A stretch of 64,000 nt of DNA, taken from the NCBI RefSeq assembly GCF_000315625.1, contig NW_005434629.1, positions 377,005 to 441,004 of the forward strand, read 5' to 3'. Under the pieces are notes generated by a model. That model made no database searches, was not told the origin of the DNA, and saw only the letters and a list, made by a program, of their open reading frames with translations. Each line of letters starts with the position of its first letter. The first letter of the stretch is position 1. The DNA is from Guillardia theta CCMP2712 (Eukaryota; Protista; Cryptophyta). Below, piece after piece: positions 29,426-50,472 of the stretch. Made by a program: the position numbers and the translations under genes.

Positions 29426-29689
29426 TCACAGCCTCATCGCCTCTCCTGTCGCGCTGTACACCACCGGTCGCTCCGCGCTCTCCAGCAGCCTGATGCAGTG
29501 CCTCAGCGCTTCAAGCTGCCTCCGCCGCGAGGGCCCGCTTGATCTCGTCGAGGCCAGGCAGTGGCTTGGCACGGGCTTAGGGGACGGGCGGGGAGAGGAA
29601 GGAAGGTCGTCAGAGTCAGGGGCGGGGGAGGAGGGCTGGTGGATGGAGGAGGAGGGGAGGTCGCTGTCGGGGAGAGTGAGCATGGTCAT
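29426..29689 (-). CDS. small Ser/Pro-rich protein, 87 aa, copy 1
   Basis: MTMLTLPDSD...QLEALRHCIRLLESAERPVVYSATGEAMRL; similarity to copy 3 is confined to this ORF. Confidence 0.55.
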   Translation of the reverse strand: MTMLTLPDSDLPSSSIHQPSSPAPDSDDLPSSPRPSPKPVPSHCLASTRSSGPSRRRQLEALRHCIRLLESAERPVVYSATGEAMRL

Positions 29690-29957
29690 GCTTGTGGAGG
29701 CTGTAAAAGTGAACGAAGGCGGCGACGGAGGAGCTTTCAAAAAGTCCGTCAGTCTGTTTTTACTACCTAACGACCGCGTGACAGTTTGAAGCACAAGGTA
29801 CACGGATGCCATCTTCTGATTACTTTGTACCAAGTCACAAGACAGTCCAACTTTTTACTATACACACAACCGACCTTTTACTACCTATGGTAGTAAACAG
29901 AACCTCTTGAAAGCGCTCCTCCGTCGCCGCCTTCGTTCACTTACAGCCTCCACAAGC

Positions 29958-30221
29958 ATGACCATGCTCACTCTCCCCGACAGCGACCTCCCCTCCTCCT
30001 CCATCCACCAGCCCTCCTCCCCCGCCCCTGACTCTGACGACCTTCCTTCCTCTCCCCGCCCGTCCCCTAAGCCCGTGCCAAGCCACTGCCTGGCCTCGAC
30101 GAGATCAAGCGGGCCCTCGCGGCGGAGGCAGCTTGAAGCGCTGAGGCACTGCATCAGGCTGCTGGAGAGCGCGGAGCGACCGGTGGTGTACAGCGCGACA
30201 GGAGAGGCGATGAGGCTGTGA
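29958..30221 (+). CDS. small Ser/Pro-rich protein, 87 aa, copy 2, identical to copy 1
   Basis: Same translation, in divergent orientation. Confidence 0.55.
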   Translation: MTMLTLPDSDLPSSSIHQPSSPAPDSDDLPSSPRPSPKPVPSHCLASTRSSGPSRRRQLEALRHCIRLLESAERPVVYSATGEAMRL

Positions 30222-31023
30222 AGGAGGAGTCGAAGGCAAGACCTCGGAACCGACGCCCGTAGTGGTGTGTAAAGTATTGTATACTGTATGTAAACTATTA
30301 CTCGAGAAAAATAATGAAGTATGTGACATGAATGAACAATTTTGACCGAGCAACATGTTATTCTCAGAAGTTACCAGTGACGTCTGACATGCTCAGCCAA
30401 GGACGTTGAATCTATTGAGCTGAAGGATCATGCTTTGTTTTTCAAAATCACAATGGGCTTTCATGCACGCGTTCAAAATTCTGCCTGATTCTGCGCAAAG
30501 GTCTGGTCAAGGAAGACTTGGGAGGTACGGAGGAGGATGACGTCTGGTAATTGACAGTAATTGACAGGGGGTGAGAGTCATCAGGAGCAGTGGAGGAGGG
30601 TTCAAGGTTACAAATGAGGATTGTAATTATTGGAATGAGTGAAGGAGGTGCTAAAAAAGTCCTTCATGCAAATATCGCACATCATCTTGCTGGAGCATGT
30701 CGATAATACACTGGACACATAGAAAGATTAGTTCACTGTCAAGTCAGACGCGATCCGAATCGGTTGCCCCAGAGTAGGTATCAACCTAGTGAAATGTGGC
30801 GCTTGTTTGCTTTCGCCCCCAAGATGATCAACAAGTTACAATCCAGCCACAGTCAAGACCTGTTGGGCTCGCCAATACTCAGTTTCTCAAGCTTGTAAGT
30901 CAGTCATCACCAGCGCAGATGCAGCGAAGTAAATGTGACTGGTAAACTGCTTTTATTACGATCTACAATACACTAACATTGCACAGTGTTCTGCACGATA
31001 GCACACTTTTCAACCCACCCTCA

Positions 31024-31293
31024 TTACATCCTCATCGCCTCGCCTGTCGCGCTGTACACCACCGGTCGCTCCGCGCTCTCCAGCAGCCTGATGCAGTGCC
31101 TCAGCGCTTCAAGCTGCCTCCGCCGTGAGGGCCCGCATGATCCTCTCCAAGGGCTTGCAAGAGCAGTCTTGGGGGATGCGGGGGAGGACGGGCGGGGAGA
31201 GGAAGGAAGGTCGTCAGAGTCAGGGGCGGGGGAGGAGGGCTGGTGGATGGAGGAGGAGGGGAGGTCGCTGTCGGGGAGAGTGAGCATGGTCAT
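31024..31293 (-). CDS. small Ser/Pro-rich protein, 89 aa, copy 3
   Basis: Same N- and C-terminal blocks, with a frame-preserving variant middle segment. Confidence 0.55.
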   Translation of the reverse strand: MTMLTLPDSDLPSSSIHQPSSPAPDSDDLPSSPRPSSPASPKTALASPWRGSCGPSRRRQLEALRHCIRLLESAERPVVYSATGEAMRM

Positions 31294-31869
31294 GTCGTGA
31301 TGGCTGTTCTGGCACCGAAGACGGACGATATTTAAAAGGATACTACGTTTTGTTTACTACAGGAGGTCTTGGCTGTTTCGGGTAAAAAAAGAATTTCCAA
31401 ACCCATGTGACATCTGTGGAACGATGCGATTTTGCTAGCCATGGAACTTCCGATAGTGTGCACAAACTGTTCAAACGCAAGGACTCCGGGATCCTCCGAA
31501 TCAGGTCACGCGAGCTCCGGGACGCGTGGCATCCATGTTCATGATCACTAATTTGATCCTAACTGACGATCTTTTTTACCACCGATATCAACGAATTGGA
31601 TAACGCCAGTCTGACGGCCACACCCGCAGGGTCAGCTGCGGCTCATCACGGTGCCGGCCGCTGGGGCATGCCCGAGCGCTGAGTCACCGCCGCCCGGCCG
31701 CGCGGCGGGCCGGGCCCGGCCGCCGGCCGGCCCTGGCGCTTCTTCTGGTCAAGCCCGCCTCGACAAAGGATCAGGGGCAGGATGAAGAGGGAGTAGGCTA
31801 TGGGCGGGATGAGGAAGAAGACGCAGCGGGGGAGAGCGTAGCGAGAGCGAGGAGGCAGAGGAGTGAGGG

Positions 31870-38880
<7,011 letters not shown>

Positions 38881-39067
38881 AGACATGTGAAGAGCTGTGA
38901 AGGGCGGTGCCATCAACGGATCTACTAGGGTACAACATGTGACATTATTCTCTGACAAGAGGATGTATTGCTGAACTGATGATCAAAAGTTCTTTTCATC
39001 ACAAACGCACATTCACATCATCTCAATCTTTTTTTCTCTTCATGTTTGTGCATCTCTCGTCTCTCCT

Positions 39068-41020
<1,953 letters not shown>

Positions 41021-41325
41021 GGCGCGAAGGTGCCACCTAGTCCTTCCCTCCGGCAAGTGTTTTGACTGGCTGCCTTCCTCTTTCGTTGAGTTCCCTGTTA
41101 GCTTGCCCCGTCCCTTCCTGCCCTGTCCTGCCCTGTCCTGCCCTCTGTCCTGTCCTGTCCTGTCTCCTCCACTGTCCTCCTCACTCTTGCATCTTTGCTC
41201 CTGCACTACCTGCTACAATTCGAAACATGCTGTGCATTCCTGCCATGTTGACTATACGTTATGGTGGTGGCTCTTTGCCAACACCCCAAAGGTACCTAAA
41301 TATCTCCTATCGCTGACATTAGGAA

Positions 41326-42419
41326 ATGTCTCACCTTACCTGTACCATCCACCATGAAACATTGACTATAAAATATTCAGAATTCTATAGTCAAAAGGTT
41401 CGTTGAGCGTTGCTTGCTGGGGTTTCCCGCCTTATGCCGCATGAGACTTTCAGGATGGCGAAAATGAACAGGCGGCGTGTTCCTGCATGCTGAACTCCTG
41501 CTTCATCTGATGGAAACCAAGTTGAAAGCAGCAGGCCGGCAGGATCTGCCATGGCGAGGATGTACTGTCATGGTATCGCACACATTGAATGTGTTTCTTC
41601 ACCTGATCTACATCAACACAGATTAACAGCAACAGCATTCCTGTGGATTTTGAGTATCCTGCACATGAGGACTTCTTCAAGAACGTACAAGAGATGCTAC
41701 CATTCCAGAACTGGTGTGCCACCTGCGACCAGCAGCTAATTTTCGAAAAGATCATGATACAGTCTATTGACATGGTAGAAGATGTCGTTTTGACACTCAA
41801 GTTCTCTGCGGAAACAACGGACTCTGCCGGCAATCAGAAGAAGCATGCCGTGTGGCTTACTGGAGCCTCGTTGCATGTTTTGGTGGTGATCACGAGTGAA
41901 GAGACGCGCAAGCAGCATGCGGTGCTCGTCGCCTGCCCTCGAACAAGCATAGGGCGCGCATCGTTTCTTGAGCTGCCGATGATAGGGATAGACTCTCTGG
42001 GGAACGTTGACGGTGCACCGGCGAAGATGCTCCGAGACCTGGGGATTCAGTTGCAGCTGGACATGCTGCTCGACATCACGCATCTGTCGAGTGAGGAGGG
42101 ACGAGGGATTTTCACGTCGCCAGACAGTCGAGATGAGTTCATACGAATTCTTTTGCACTCAGCTACCATGCCAGAAGCAGAAATCGCACGCATGTACGAT
42201 GAATGTGGAGGTTCCAATGAATCTTCGTGTAAGGTGCACATATTGCCGCTCAGCGACATGTGGTGATGCGAATGCCTCCTGACATGCGACACCGAGTAAT
42301 TTCATTGCAACAGGAAGTCAACCAACGATGCCAAGGCGTTGAGTGCGCTCTGCCTGTACCTGAATTTAGTTGCTGTGAATGGTTTGCCGGCTGATGGAAC
42401 TTCTGTCACCCCTTCTTGA
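41326..42419 (+). CDS. NUDX14/ADP-sugar pyrophosphatase-like Nudix-fold protein with a degenerate Nudix box
   Basis: FQNW, IQSIDM, LKFSA, VLV..PR..G...LELP, GIFTSP..DEFI, LPLSDMW|K..DAKALSALCLY. 5' end uncertain. Confidence 0.7.
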
Positions 42420-42682
42420 ACATGCCGAACAAAATCCATAGTTTCACTTGGCAGTGTATACCTTGTAGATATGTTGCAACTGCAATCAACTTCGAATGCA
42501 TGATTTCTAACACTGATTTTGGAATGTATTCTCGTCTATCATGATTGTTTGAGACTTTGGAGCTTGCTGAGAGCGCATCTCTCTTCACAAGGATTATTGT
42601 GCACTCTGCCTCTGGCTCCAACAAAGCGAGGACTACTCTGCAGAAGAGGGGAGCAATTAGTAGATCTCATTCATTACCAACA

Positions 42683-43309
42683 TTACGAATTAGGTTTGGA
42701 GGGCCAAAGGACTATATCCATCAACATATCATTGTCATCACGGGGGACATTCTCGATCACAAGTTCATCCAGCGTGACCCCAACCAAGAAGATCTTCTTA
42801 GAGCTAAAAAGTTGTTTCACCTTGGACAAGTACCGATCATAGAAACCGGCCCCCTGACCCAATCGTCCATTGTTGCGATCAAATGCAAGCCCAGGGACAA
42901 TGACCAAGTCAAGATCGGAGTTGGGATCCAGGGCCTCGAGCCTTGCAGGGCCATCCCGTGGAGGTTCTGGGATGTTCCATTTGCCCGGTGGGAATGAGTC
43001 AACATCTTGAATAGACTCAGCCTTGAGCATCACCATCGCGCTGTCCCTGACTGATTCGACACGTGGAAGGTAGCAGCTCTTACTATCCATGAATATTTTT
43101 TCGAGTATTGGTCTTGTGTTGAACTCTTTTGGCATTGAGAGGAAGCAAGCTACACCCTTGCTTTCTTTGTATTGAGGTAGTTCAAAAAGCATGTTTGCAA
43201 CTTTTTGACTTGATTGAAGTATATAATCATCACTCAGAGTTGATAACTTCGCCCTGAGCTGTTTGCGGGTCGCCTGTTTTTCTTCCTTCACGTTTCCTTC
43301 GATGGACAT
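42683..43309 (-). CDS. MTHFS: 5-formyltetrahydrofolate cyclo-ligase, 208 aa
   Basis: K..RKQLR, FLSMPKEFNT, YLPRV, WNIPEP, DLVIVPGLAFDRNNGRLGQGAGFYDRYL, D.LMD. Confidence 0.95.
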   Translation of the reverse strand: MSIEGNVKEEKQATRKQLRAKLSTLSDDYILQSSQKVANMLFELPQYKESKGVACFLSMPKEFNTRPILEKIFMDSKSCYLPRVESVRDSAMVMLKAESIQDVDSFPPGKWNIPEPPRDGPARLEALDPNSDLDLVIVPGLAFDRNNGRLGQGAGFYDRYLSKVKQLFSSKKIFLVGVTLDELVIENVPRDDNDMLMDIVLWPSKPNS

Positions 43310-43400
43310 TGTCGAAAATTTGAACGAGCTACAGAGCCTGGTCGATTTCCTGTCTACACAGAGTTGGAGAAAGAGAAAAACGGGAACGCGCGTCAAGCGT

Positions 43401-43616
43401 TTACTTGGAGGAGTTCGCCATAAGCTCAGTCCTAAGCTGTGCAGCGAATTCCTCGTTGATATCATCGTTGTCCCAGTCGTCCGCCCAGTACTGTTTGTCC
43501 TCAGGCTCCTCTTTCCTTTCCATCCATCCCTCGTCCTCAAACTCCTCAAACTCGTCGTCCTCCTCCACAATCTCGTTCACCTGCTGCTTTGTTTCCTCCT
43601 TGGCGTTCTTGGACAT
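43401..43616 (-). CDS. SEM1: DSS1/SEM1 proteasome lid subunit, 71 aa
   Basis: EEDDEFEEF...W...WADDWDNDDINEEFAAQLRTEL. Confidence 0.95.
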   Translation of the reverse strand: MSKNAKEETKQQVNEIVEEDDEFEEFEDEGWMERKEEPEDKQYWADDWDNDDINEEFAAQLRTELMANSSK

Positions 43617-44187
43617 TTGCGCAAGGACACCTGTCTGCCAGCTCTGACGCCACCCCTACCCTACATCTTTTAGTCCTCGACTCATGACCCCTAGTGGTCA
43701 TGGATAGCTGTACATGATGTTTTAGTTATATAATGTGAGTAATCCTTTAGTAACGGAAGATAACGCGAACATGGAATTTACATGGAAACAACATATTTTT
43801 CTTCTAAATTTTCAACCTTTGATACAAAAGCAAGAATATTGATTTCAAAGTAGAAATACCTGACCTCGGCACCCTCCTGCTTGCTCTCTCCTCGTTCAAG
43901 ACCTTCTCCTCTGCTGCTACAGCTGAAACTTCTCCTACCAGTCTCAACATACCTCTCCTGCCCTCGCCTGTCCTCTCTCTGCCTGCGCCCTTGCGTGACT
44001 TGGAAGAAGCTCTGCCAGTTTCATCGACAAGTGCGAGCGAGTTCGTTGTTTGCGCCCTTGAGGCTTGCTCAATCCTTGCCCAGTAAGGATACAGTGAGCT
44101 GAGCAAGTGACGACGGATAAAACTGAAAGCTTAAGCTGTCCTCTAGATCATTGATACTGCGAAAACTCTGAGATCGCAGCATCGAAA

Positions 44188-44775
44188 ATGTCCAGAATTG
44201 TGTACGGCCTCAAGTCCATCAGCTCTATTAGGCAGTTTCAGAGTCGCATGCTATCGAGTGTGCAGGGCTTTCACTCGAGATGTTGGTCTGCTTCCTACGG
44301 ATCGTCAAATCTTCTCAAGTCCAGCATGCTCCCTAGAGTCTGTCAGTCTGGGTGGAGATGGAGGGAGCAAGTTCGTGGGCATGGGCATGGGCACTCGCAT
44401 GGGGAGGAGGATGGCCCCACAGTCAAAGTGACTTTTATCTATGATAAGGATGGGAAGAGCGTCACCGTTGACGGGAAGGTCGGCATGAACATCCTGCGCG
44501 TTGCGCAGGCACACGAGGTGGAGCTGGAAGGAGCATGCGAATGCTCCCTCGCATGCTCCACGTGCCATGTTGTCCTTGAGGACTCCCTCTTCAACAAGCT
44601 CGAAGAGCCGTCGGATGACGAGGCTGACATGTTGGACCTTGCCTTCGGCCTCACTGAAACCAGCAGGCTGGGCTGTCAGATCATTCTCACCGAGGATATG
44701 GAGGGCAGTGTATTCAGGATCCCGTCCGCTACGAGGAACATGTATGTAGATGGCCACGTCCCGAAACCACACTAG
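44188..44775 (+). CDS. FDX2: mitochondrial adrenodoxin-type [2Fe-2S] ferredoxin
   Basis: Arg/Ser-rich presequence; EGACECSLACSTCHV, DMLDLAFGLTETSRLGCQ, TRNMYVDGHVPKPH. Confidence 0.93.
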   Translation: MSRIVYGLKSISSIRQFQSRMLSSVQGFHSRCWSASYGSSNLLKSSMLPRVCQSGWRWREQVRGHGHGHSHGEEDGPTVKVTFIYDKDGKSVTVDGKVGMNILRVAQAHEVELEGACECSLACSTCHVVLEDSLFNKLEEPSDDEADMLDLAFGLTETSRLGCQIILTEDMEGSVFRIPSATRNMYVDGHVPKPH

Positions 44776-44927
44776 CCCCTACGGAAGTCAGGAGACGATA
44801 ATGAGGCGTGTAGGAATGATCGGAACCCCATCCCCTTCGTCTTCAAGTTTACAAATATTTATTGTTATCAAAAATCCTTCGAGAACAATCATTGTCAAGA
44901 GCGGTGCAAGTCAGTGAGGCCATGAGC

Positions 44928-46950
44928 TCAAGCCCACATCCTGACAGTCTTGTCGCTCGAGCAACTGGCGATGAAGCTTGCATCCTTTCCGAATGCTGCC
45001 CCGACCACATCGTTTCCATGTCCATTCAACTCCACAACATCATTCCATGACTTTGCCAGCCAAACCTGCCGTAATGTTGAGATGCTGCGGGGAAACAAGG
45101 AAACTCGGCTCTACCTTGACGGATGATCCAGCTCCGACCAGGTATGTTCCACTGAAGCCATTGTCAGCGGACTTGACTAACTCAGTTACTTGCTACACCT
45201 GTAATCAAATCGTGCGTCCTTCCAGTTGCCCTCGAACACTTTGGCAGGCTGAGCATCGGCTCCCTGAGAACGCAGTCAGCATGCAACCTAGCTTGTAGCG
45301 AATGAACTAGCCTGCTTTGCTAGCTTTCGGAGATCCCAAACCTTGAGGCCATCAGCGCCAGTAGTGGCCATGTAGTAGCCGTTCTCTGAGAAGGAAATGC
45401 TTCCCACCTGGCACACTGTAAGGGCGGGCTTGTGGGGATGTCGACAGGGCAGACTCACCGCTCCACCGGAAGTAGCTTTGAATGAGACCACATTGGATAT
45501 CGTTTTGATGTCCCAAACTTTCACCATTGAGTCTATCGTGCCGGTACCAAGAATCAGACCATCAGGGTGAAGTTGTGCAGCACTGCAAACAGAACATTCA
45601 GTTGGAATGTGGAAGTTCAAATGGCTGAAGATGAAGAGAGAGATCCAAAACACTGATGAATGCAAGTAATGACTATGAAATTGAAGTCAACCTGTATCCT
45701 CCTGCTGCATCCTTGTCCGGAACAACCTATGAAATAAATCATCAGAAAGAAATTCCGAGTTTGATTTCACTGAGAATCAGCTCACCTGGCAGCAAGCAGC
45801 AGTTGTGAGATCATAAAATGCCCATGATTTGTCTGCAGATGCAGAAACAAGATAATCCCCGGTAGCATGAAGAGAAATTCCATTGATTTCTCCCTTGTGA
45901 TTGTTGAAAGTACAGAGCTCCTTTCCATCTGTGAGATGTTGGGCTCAGCTGAAGTGAATTTCAATAGATCAATGCTATCGAGATCACCTGTTTTCCAAAC
46001 CTTGACAACCTCTGATGAAGAGAATACCATATCCTGATCCAAACATCACAAGAGCGCATAACGCAAGAAAGAAGCCTGACCGACGCTTGGTGAAAAAGAA
46101 CACGGCGTACTGGTTTGGTGTGCCCGGACATCGTTGCAACAACCTTGCCAGTGGCACTATCTGAGACAATCACCTTCGAATCCATTCCTCCAGTAACAAT
46201 CGTATTGTTCTCCAGATGCACATCAATACAAGAAGGAGCAGATCCCTTGTGAACAGCCTTGTTGAGTTTCTCCTTGAATCCCTTGAGAGTGTCCTCTGAA
46301 GCGAGGTTCGGTGAGATAGCACGCTTCTTCCTACCCTTGGATAGTTCAGCCGATTTTTCGGTCATTCGCTCCTTGATCGCTTCGCTGATAGTGGGTCCTG
46401 AGTCCACCTCCATGCTCTCTGCCGCGGCTGGAACGGCGACTCGTCCAGCCTTCAGAGCCGCGATGGCCTCGTCGCGCTCTTTCAACGCCTCATCTCTCTC
46501 CTTCAAAACTTTGGCGATAACGCGGCATGCAGCATCGTGCTGATAGAGGGTGTGGGACAGCTCAGCTCTCACCTTGTCGAGCTCCTTCCTCAGCAGATGC
46601 GTCTCGACTGCCTGGGAATCCCACTCGTTCTGCATCATCTCGATCATCGACGGCAGGCTGGTAGAGGATGGAGGCTTCGGCTTCACAGAGCTGTTGGCTG
46701 GGTAGCAGAAAAGGTGTCAGAAGGCTGATTCAACCCCCCATCTGCCCCTTGCAGGAAGAATCCCTAGCTCCCACTCACCTTTGACTTGGATCAAGTCCTC
46801 TGCGCTCATCGCTTGCCCAGTGATCGGGCAGGACTGAGTTTCGAGAAGGAACTTGAGGATAGTGCTCTTCTCGAAGACATGTCCAGTCTTCTTCGACACC
46901 ATCGGCGTCATCGCGCAAGCGCCGCTCATCGCACAAACAAGCCCTGCCAT
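44928..46950 (-). CDS. PRPF19: pre-mRNA processing factor 19 (U-box, coiled coil, WD40), multi-exon
   Basis: CAMSG...[17 protein letters not shown]; TSLPSMI..QNEWDS; [17 protein letters not shown]; [10 protein letters not shown]; [10 protein letters not shown]; WDLRKL. Confidence 0.96.
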
Positions 46951-47280
46951 TGCCGCGGCACGCTCGCCCTTCACCACCGCTACCCCCTGGACGAGGGAGG
47001 TATGATGGGGTACATTTCAGCCTGATTCGAAGGGGGGTGGGGTACTATTTCTGTGGGGTGGTGATATTTGATTGTGGTGAAATGGTGGGTACAAATTGGT
47101 TCATGTAGGGGGTACAGAAGTTCGTCGCAGGGGTATGTCCCTGCACCCGGATCTCAAGGGGTACACCACATTGCGGATCATCTGAAGGAATTCAAAATTG
47201 TGCTCTTAAATTTAATTTTCGTCTATCCAATTCACAAATCTGCCCTGCATGGAAGTCCGCCTCGGTGGCAATCCCGAAAA

Positions 47281-49254
47281 ATGTCGGGCGAAGGATTTGA
47301 GGGAGGAGAAAAGGAGAGGGGAACTGCTCGAACATGCTTAAACGTTGAGAGAGGTGAGGAATGCTGAAGAGAGAGGGTTGATCGGTAGTGTTGGTAACAC
47401 TGGACAGACAGAGAAAGGGCTTCGAAGCTCTTGCGAAGCCATGCGATGGAGTAGGAAGGTGACTCGGAAACAAAGCAACGTCCTTGCGAACATTGAGTGA
47501 GAGTATGTCTTGTTTGACTTTGTGAGTCTGGGCAAATGAATTGTTATTCGACAGGCCAGGGCAGATGGAGATAGAGGCGAAGGATACGGTCCCTGCGGAG
47601 GCATCAGCTATCAACCCTCCTCAGGTTGAGGAGGGCACAGGGGGTAACAGGGAAAGAGAGGGTTCTCACGACGAAATGCGATGGGAGATCCATGAAGCGA
47701 AAGAGGACGCAGGATCTGTTGTTGAGAAAACATTGGCATTGCTGGTCAAATCGAGTGAAGCGGCTAAGGCGGGGCGAGATTGTAAGTTTGTTGACAAGAG
47801 TAGGTGCGATGATTGAAGGATTGCATCAGATGCTGACATCATCGACACAATGCAACAGGCAGTGGACTGTCTCTGCAGCATCAAGGGCGAATCATCCCAG
47901 CAGTCCCTTGTGCAAGCTGTGATGAGGTCCCTTGCGCTGCGAGGGTGTGGGGACGGCGCCTCACGCTACATCTTTCACAGAGATGAGGACATTTACTTAG
48001 CATGCTGCATGCTGATCGACGTCTGTCTCCATCCTAGTGCTGGAGATCATGACGTGGCGCTGCGTTTCCTTGCCACCATCTTCCAATGGCAGGAAGAGTC
48101 CAATGGAGAGAATGACTCGGCGCATCTCGTCGTTTGCAGTCTCCTGCCCTCTATCTTGCTCACGTACTGGGCTGTTCTCAGTGAGGACAGGCATGCTCCC
48201 TTGCTCTCAGCACTTGAGGCTCTGCTAGTTGGCATGTACAACTTGGAGGTCCTTGTGCTCAAGAGTTGAGGAAGGACGAGTGAGCGCGACTTCAGGTTCA
48301 AGGCAAGGGCTCTGCTGAGTGTTGCGTTCTTCTCTCCAAACTTCCTTCCAGCAAGAGTAGGATGGTTGACATTGAAGTCTTTGATCTGATCCTCCACGTC
48401 AGCTGCTGCCCAGTATGACACGATGAGCGATGGCCGCTTGAGCTCGCCGTCCGCGATCTTGTCGGAAAGTGCATTGAAGAGGTGCTGGTGGGATTGTGTG
48501 GATGCTGGTGTTTTGACATGTCAGTGTCCGCTAGCATGCTGGCGGATGACGTTGGGGAGAGCGAAGCAAGCTTCCATCAGAAAACGCTGTGCTCGTCTCC
48601 TGTCTCTCGTATCGACAACTCCTCCGTGGACTCGAACCCTGTGTTGGAGTTCTGGTTGGGGAGGTTGGTCGGCGTATGAGCTTTTCAGCGAGCTGGGTAA
48701 CATGCTACCCTGCTCAGATTCGGGGAGTTGAACGATAAACTTCCTGCTCTAGCCCGAAGTCTGCTCGTTGACCTGTGCGTTCTTGCAACTTCCTCCGGTA
48801 TCAGACACGTCCATGGGCTGCCGGCCATACGAGGTTGATGCCGCAGCAGGTTTCTGCACTGTGCTGAGAGAGATGAAGAAGATACGTCAAGAGCTTCAGG
48901 TTCCATTGCACATTAAAGAGCAAGTGCCTCTTGATGGTTTTTAGCAGCAGACAGAATGGGGAGGCAGGAGGGGAGGCGAAGATGATGCGATCAGGAGCCG
49001 ACCAACCAGAGGCGACTTGTGGGGTGGAGCAGGAGGAGACTTGTGTTTGGATCAGATTAACTTCAATGCATCCTCCCTTCTCTTTGCCAAGGGGCCGCAA
49101 GTCTCTCTCCACAAGGATGCAGACCAAGATAAGTCCTATTGCCGTCCTGGCAAGCGAATCCTCCTGGCCTCCCGCGTCTCCCTGGCAATGCTGGCGGTAA
49201 TTTGCTGACAGAAGTGTTTTCCTCAATCACCGCCACCAACGCCGCGTCGGCGGG

Positions 49255-49300
<46 letters not shown>

Positions 49301-50059
49301 CTCGTCGTCTTCATGCTCCCACTCATTACTCTCTCTCTTCTGCTGTTGCTCAGCTCACGTTCCTGATGTCAACCCGCGCCGATCGCAGGCCCTTGACGTT
49401 TTTCTTTTCTCAGCTCCTTCGCAACTTCAGGCTCCAGCATTTCGTCCTCGAGTTTGTATTGGAGGCTTCAGCCGGAGATTTGAAACGCGGAGGCTCACAA
49501 CCGACGAGTGCCAAAGGCCAGGAAGCCCAGGGCAGAATTTCCCAGCTCGGGGTCAGCTGATGTCTCATACTCGCCGGAAAGTAAGATGACGAGTACCGCA
49601 GGAATTCTCTGAGTTTGCCATGCACGTGATCGCGTGCCGGGCTGCACTGGAGATGGACGAGAAGGGTGAGAAGGAGATGGGAGGAGAGGAGAGGAGAGGA
49701 GAGGAGAGGAGAGGGAGAGAGCAGAGCAGAGCAGAGCAGAGGGAAGGGGAGAGGAGAGGAGAGGAGAGGAGAGGGAGAGAGGATAACGTGTGAACATTAT
49801 GACAGTGATGCTGGGTTGCGAGGCGACGAGAGGATATCTATCAAGGTAGTATCAAGTGCTGGAGGGGTATGTGCTATGGAGGGGGGAGGGGGGGGTGAAG
49901 GCGACGGGGATGGCATACAAAGGGGAGGCATGCAGGCAGGCGGCAGGCAGGCAGGCAGGCAGGCAGGTGAACAAGACTGACAGCCGAGTGTTTCTGTTGC
50001 AGTTTGCCGGATGTCTTGAGAGAATGCCGGCAGGTGTCAGAGAGGAATCCTCTGCCTGA
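47281..50059 (+). CDS. multi-exon protein, possibly hyccin/FAM126-like
   Basis: Chain of short exons with ~50-nt introns. LLPSILLTY...ALEALLVGMYNLE recalls hyccin LP.L...Y...IEALLLG.YNLE. Gene presence is likely; family and ends are uncertain. Confidence 0.4.
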
Positions 50060-50472
50060 CCCTCTCAAGTTCTACTTCTTCAAGAGATGATAGTTCAAGG
50101 AAGGACACAGGATTTGACACTCGCCTCCTTGCACTGCCATAGTTGATTACTTGTACTTTATGATGTACACCACACTCCACACATCATCTTACTGTTTGCC
50201 ACAATCTGGTGCCAAGATTCCAATTATCGCATCCCCGCCCCTTGCTCAGTCCTCTTAACGATTGAATGATCGAACACAACGTGAACACTTGACATCAAAC
50301 GCCGAACAACTGATCAAAAACAGGAAGAAAAATCGAATCCCAGACCAGAGAACCCAGAAACCAATCCAACAAGATCTGCATGAAAAAGGTTTTTCAGGGT
50401 TGAAGGTAGCCCCTGTACGACCGAGAAAGTATCTTGACTGGAATCCATACTCCTGGCATGCAGCGGACATGC

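Larger units (their letters stand above)
29333..30325. repeat. long inverted repeat, arms ~29333-29767 and ~29890-30325
   Basis: Arms are reverse complements, identical across the ORF and diverged at both ends. Confidence 0.93.

Noticed and set aside
43310-43570. N-terminal extension of MTHFS in the ORF track
   Set aside because: It starts at GTG and is an alternative frame of DSS1; the family N-terminus fits the ATG at 43309.
43804-44106. 100-aa ORF between DSS1 and ferredoxin; also 28938-29210 and 1795-2478
   Set aside because: Mostly non-ATG starts or low-complexity translations with no recognisable motif; cannot be supported.
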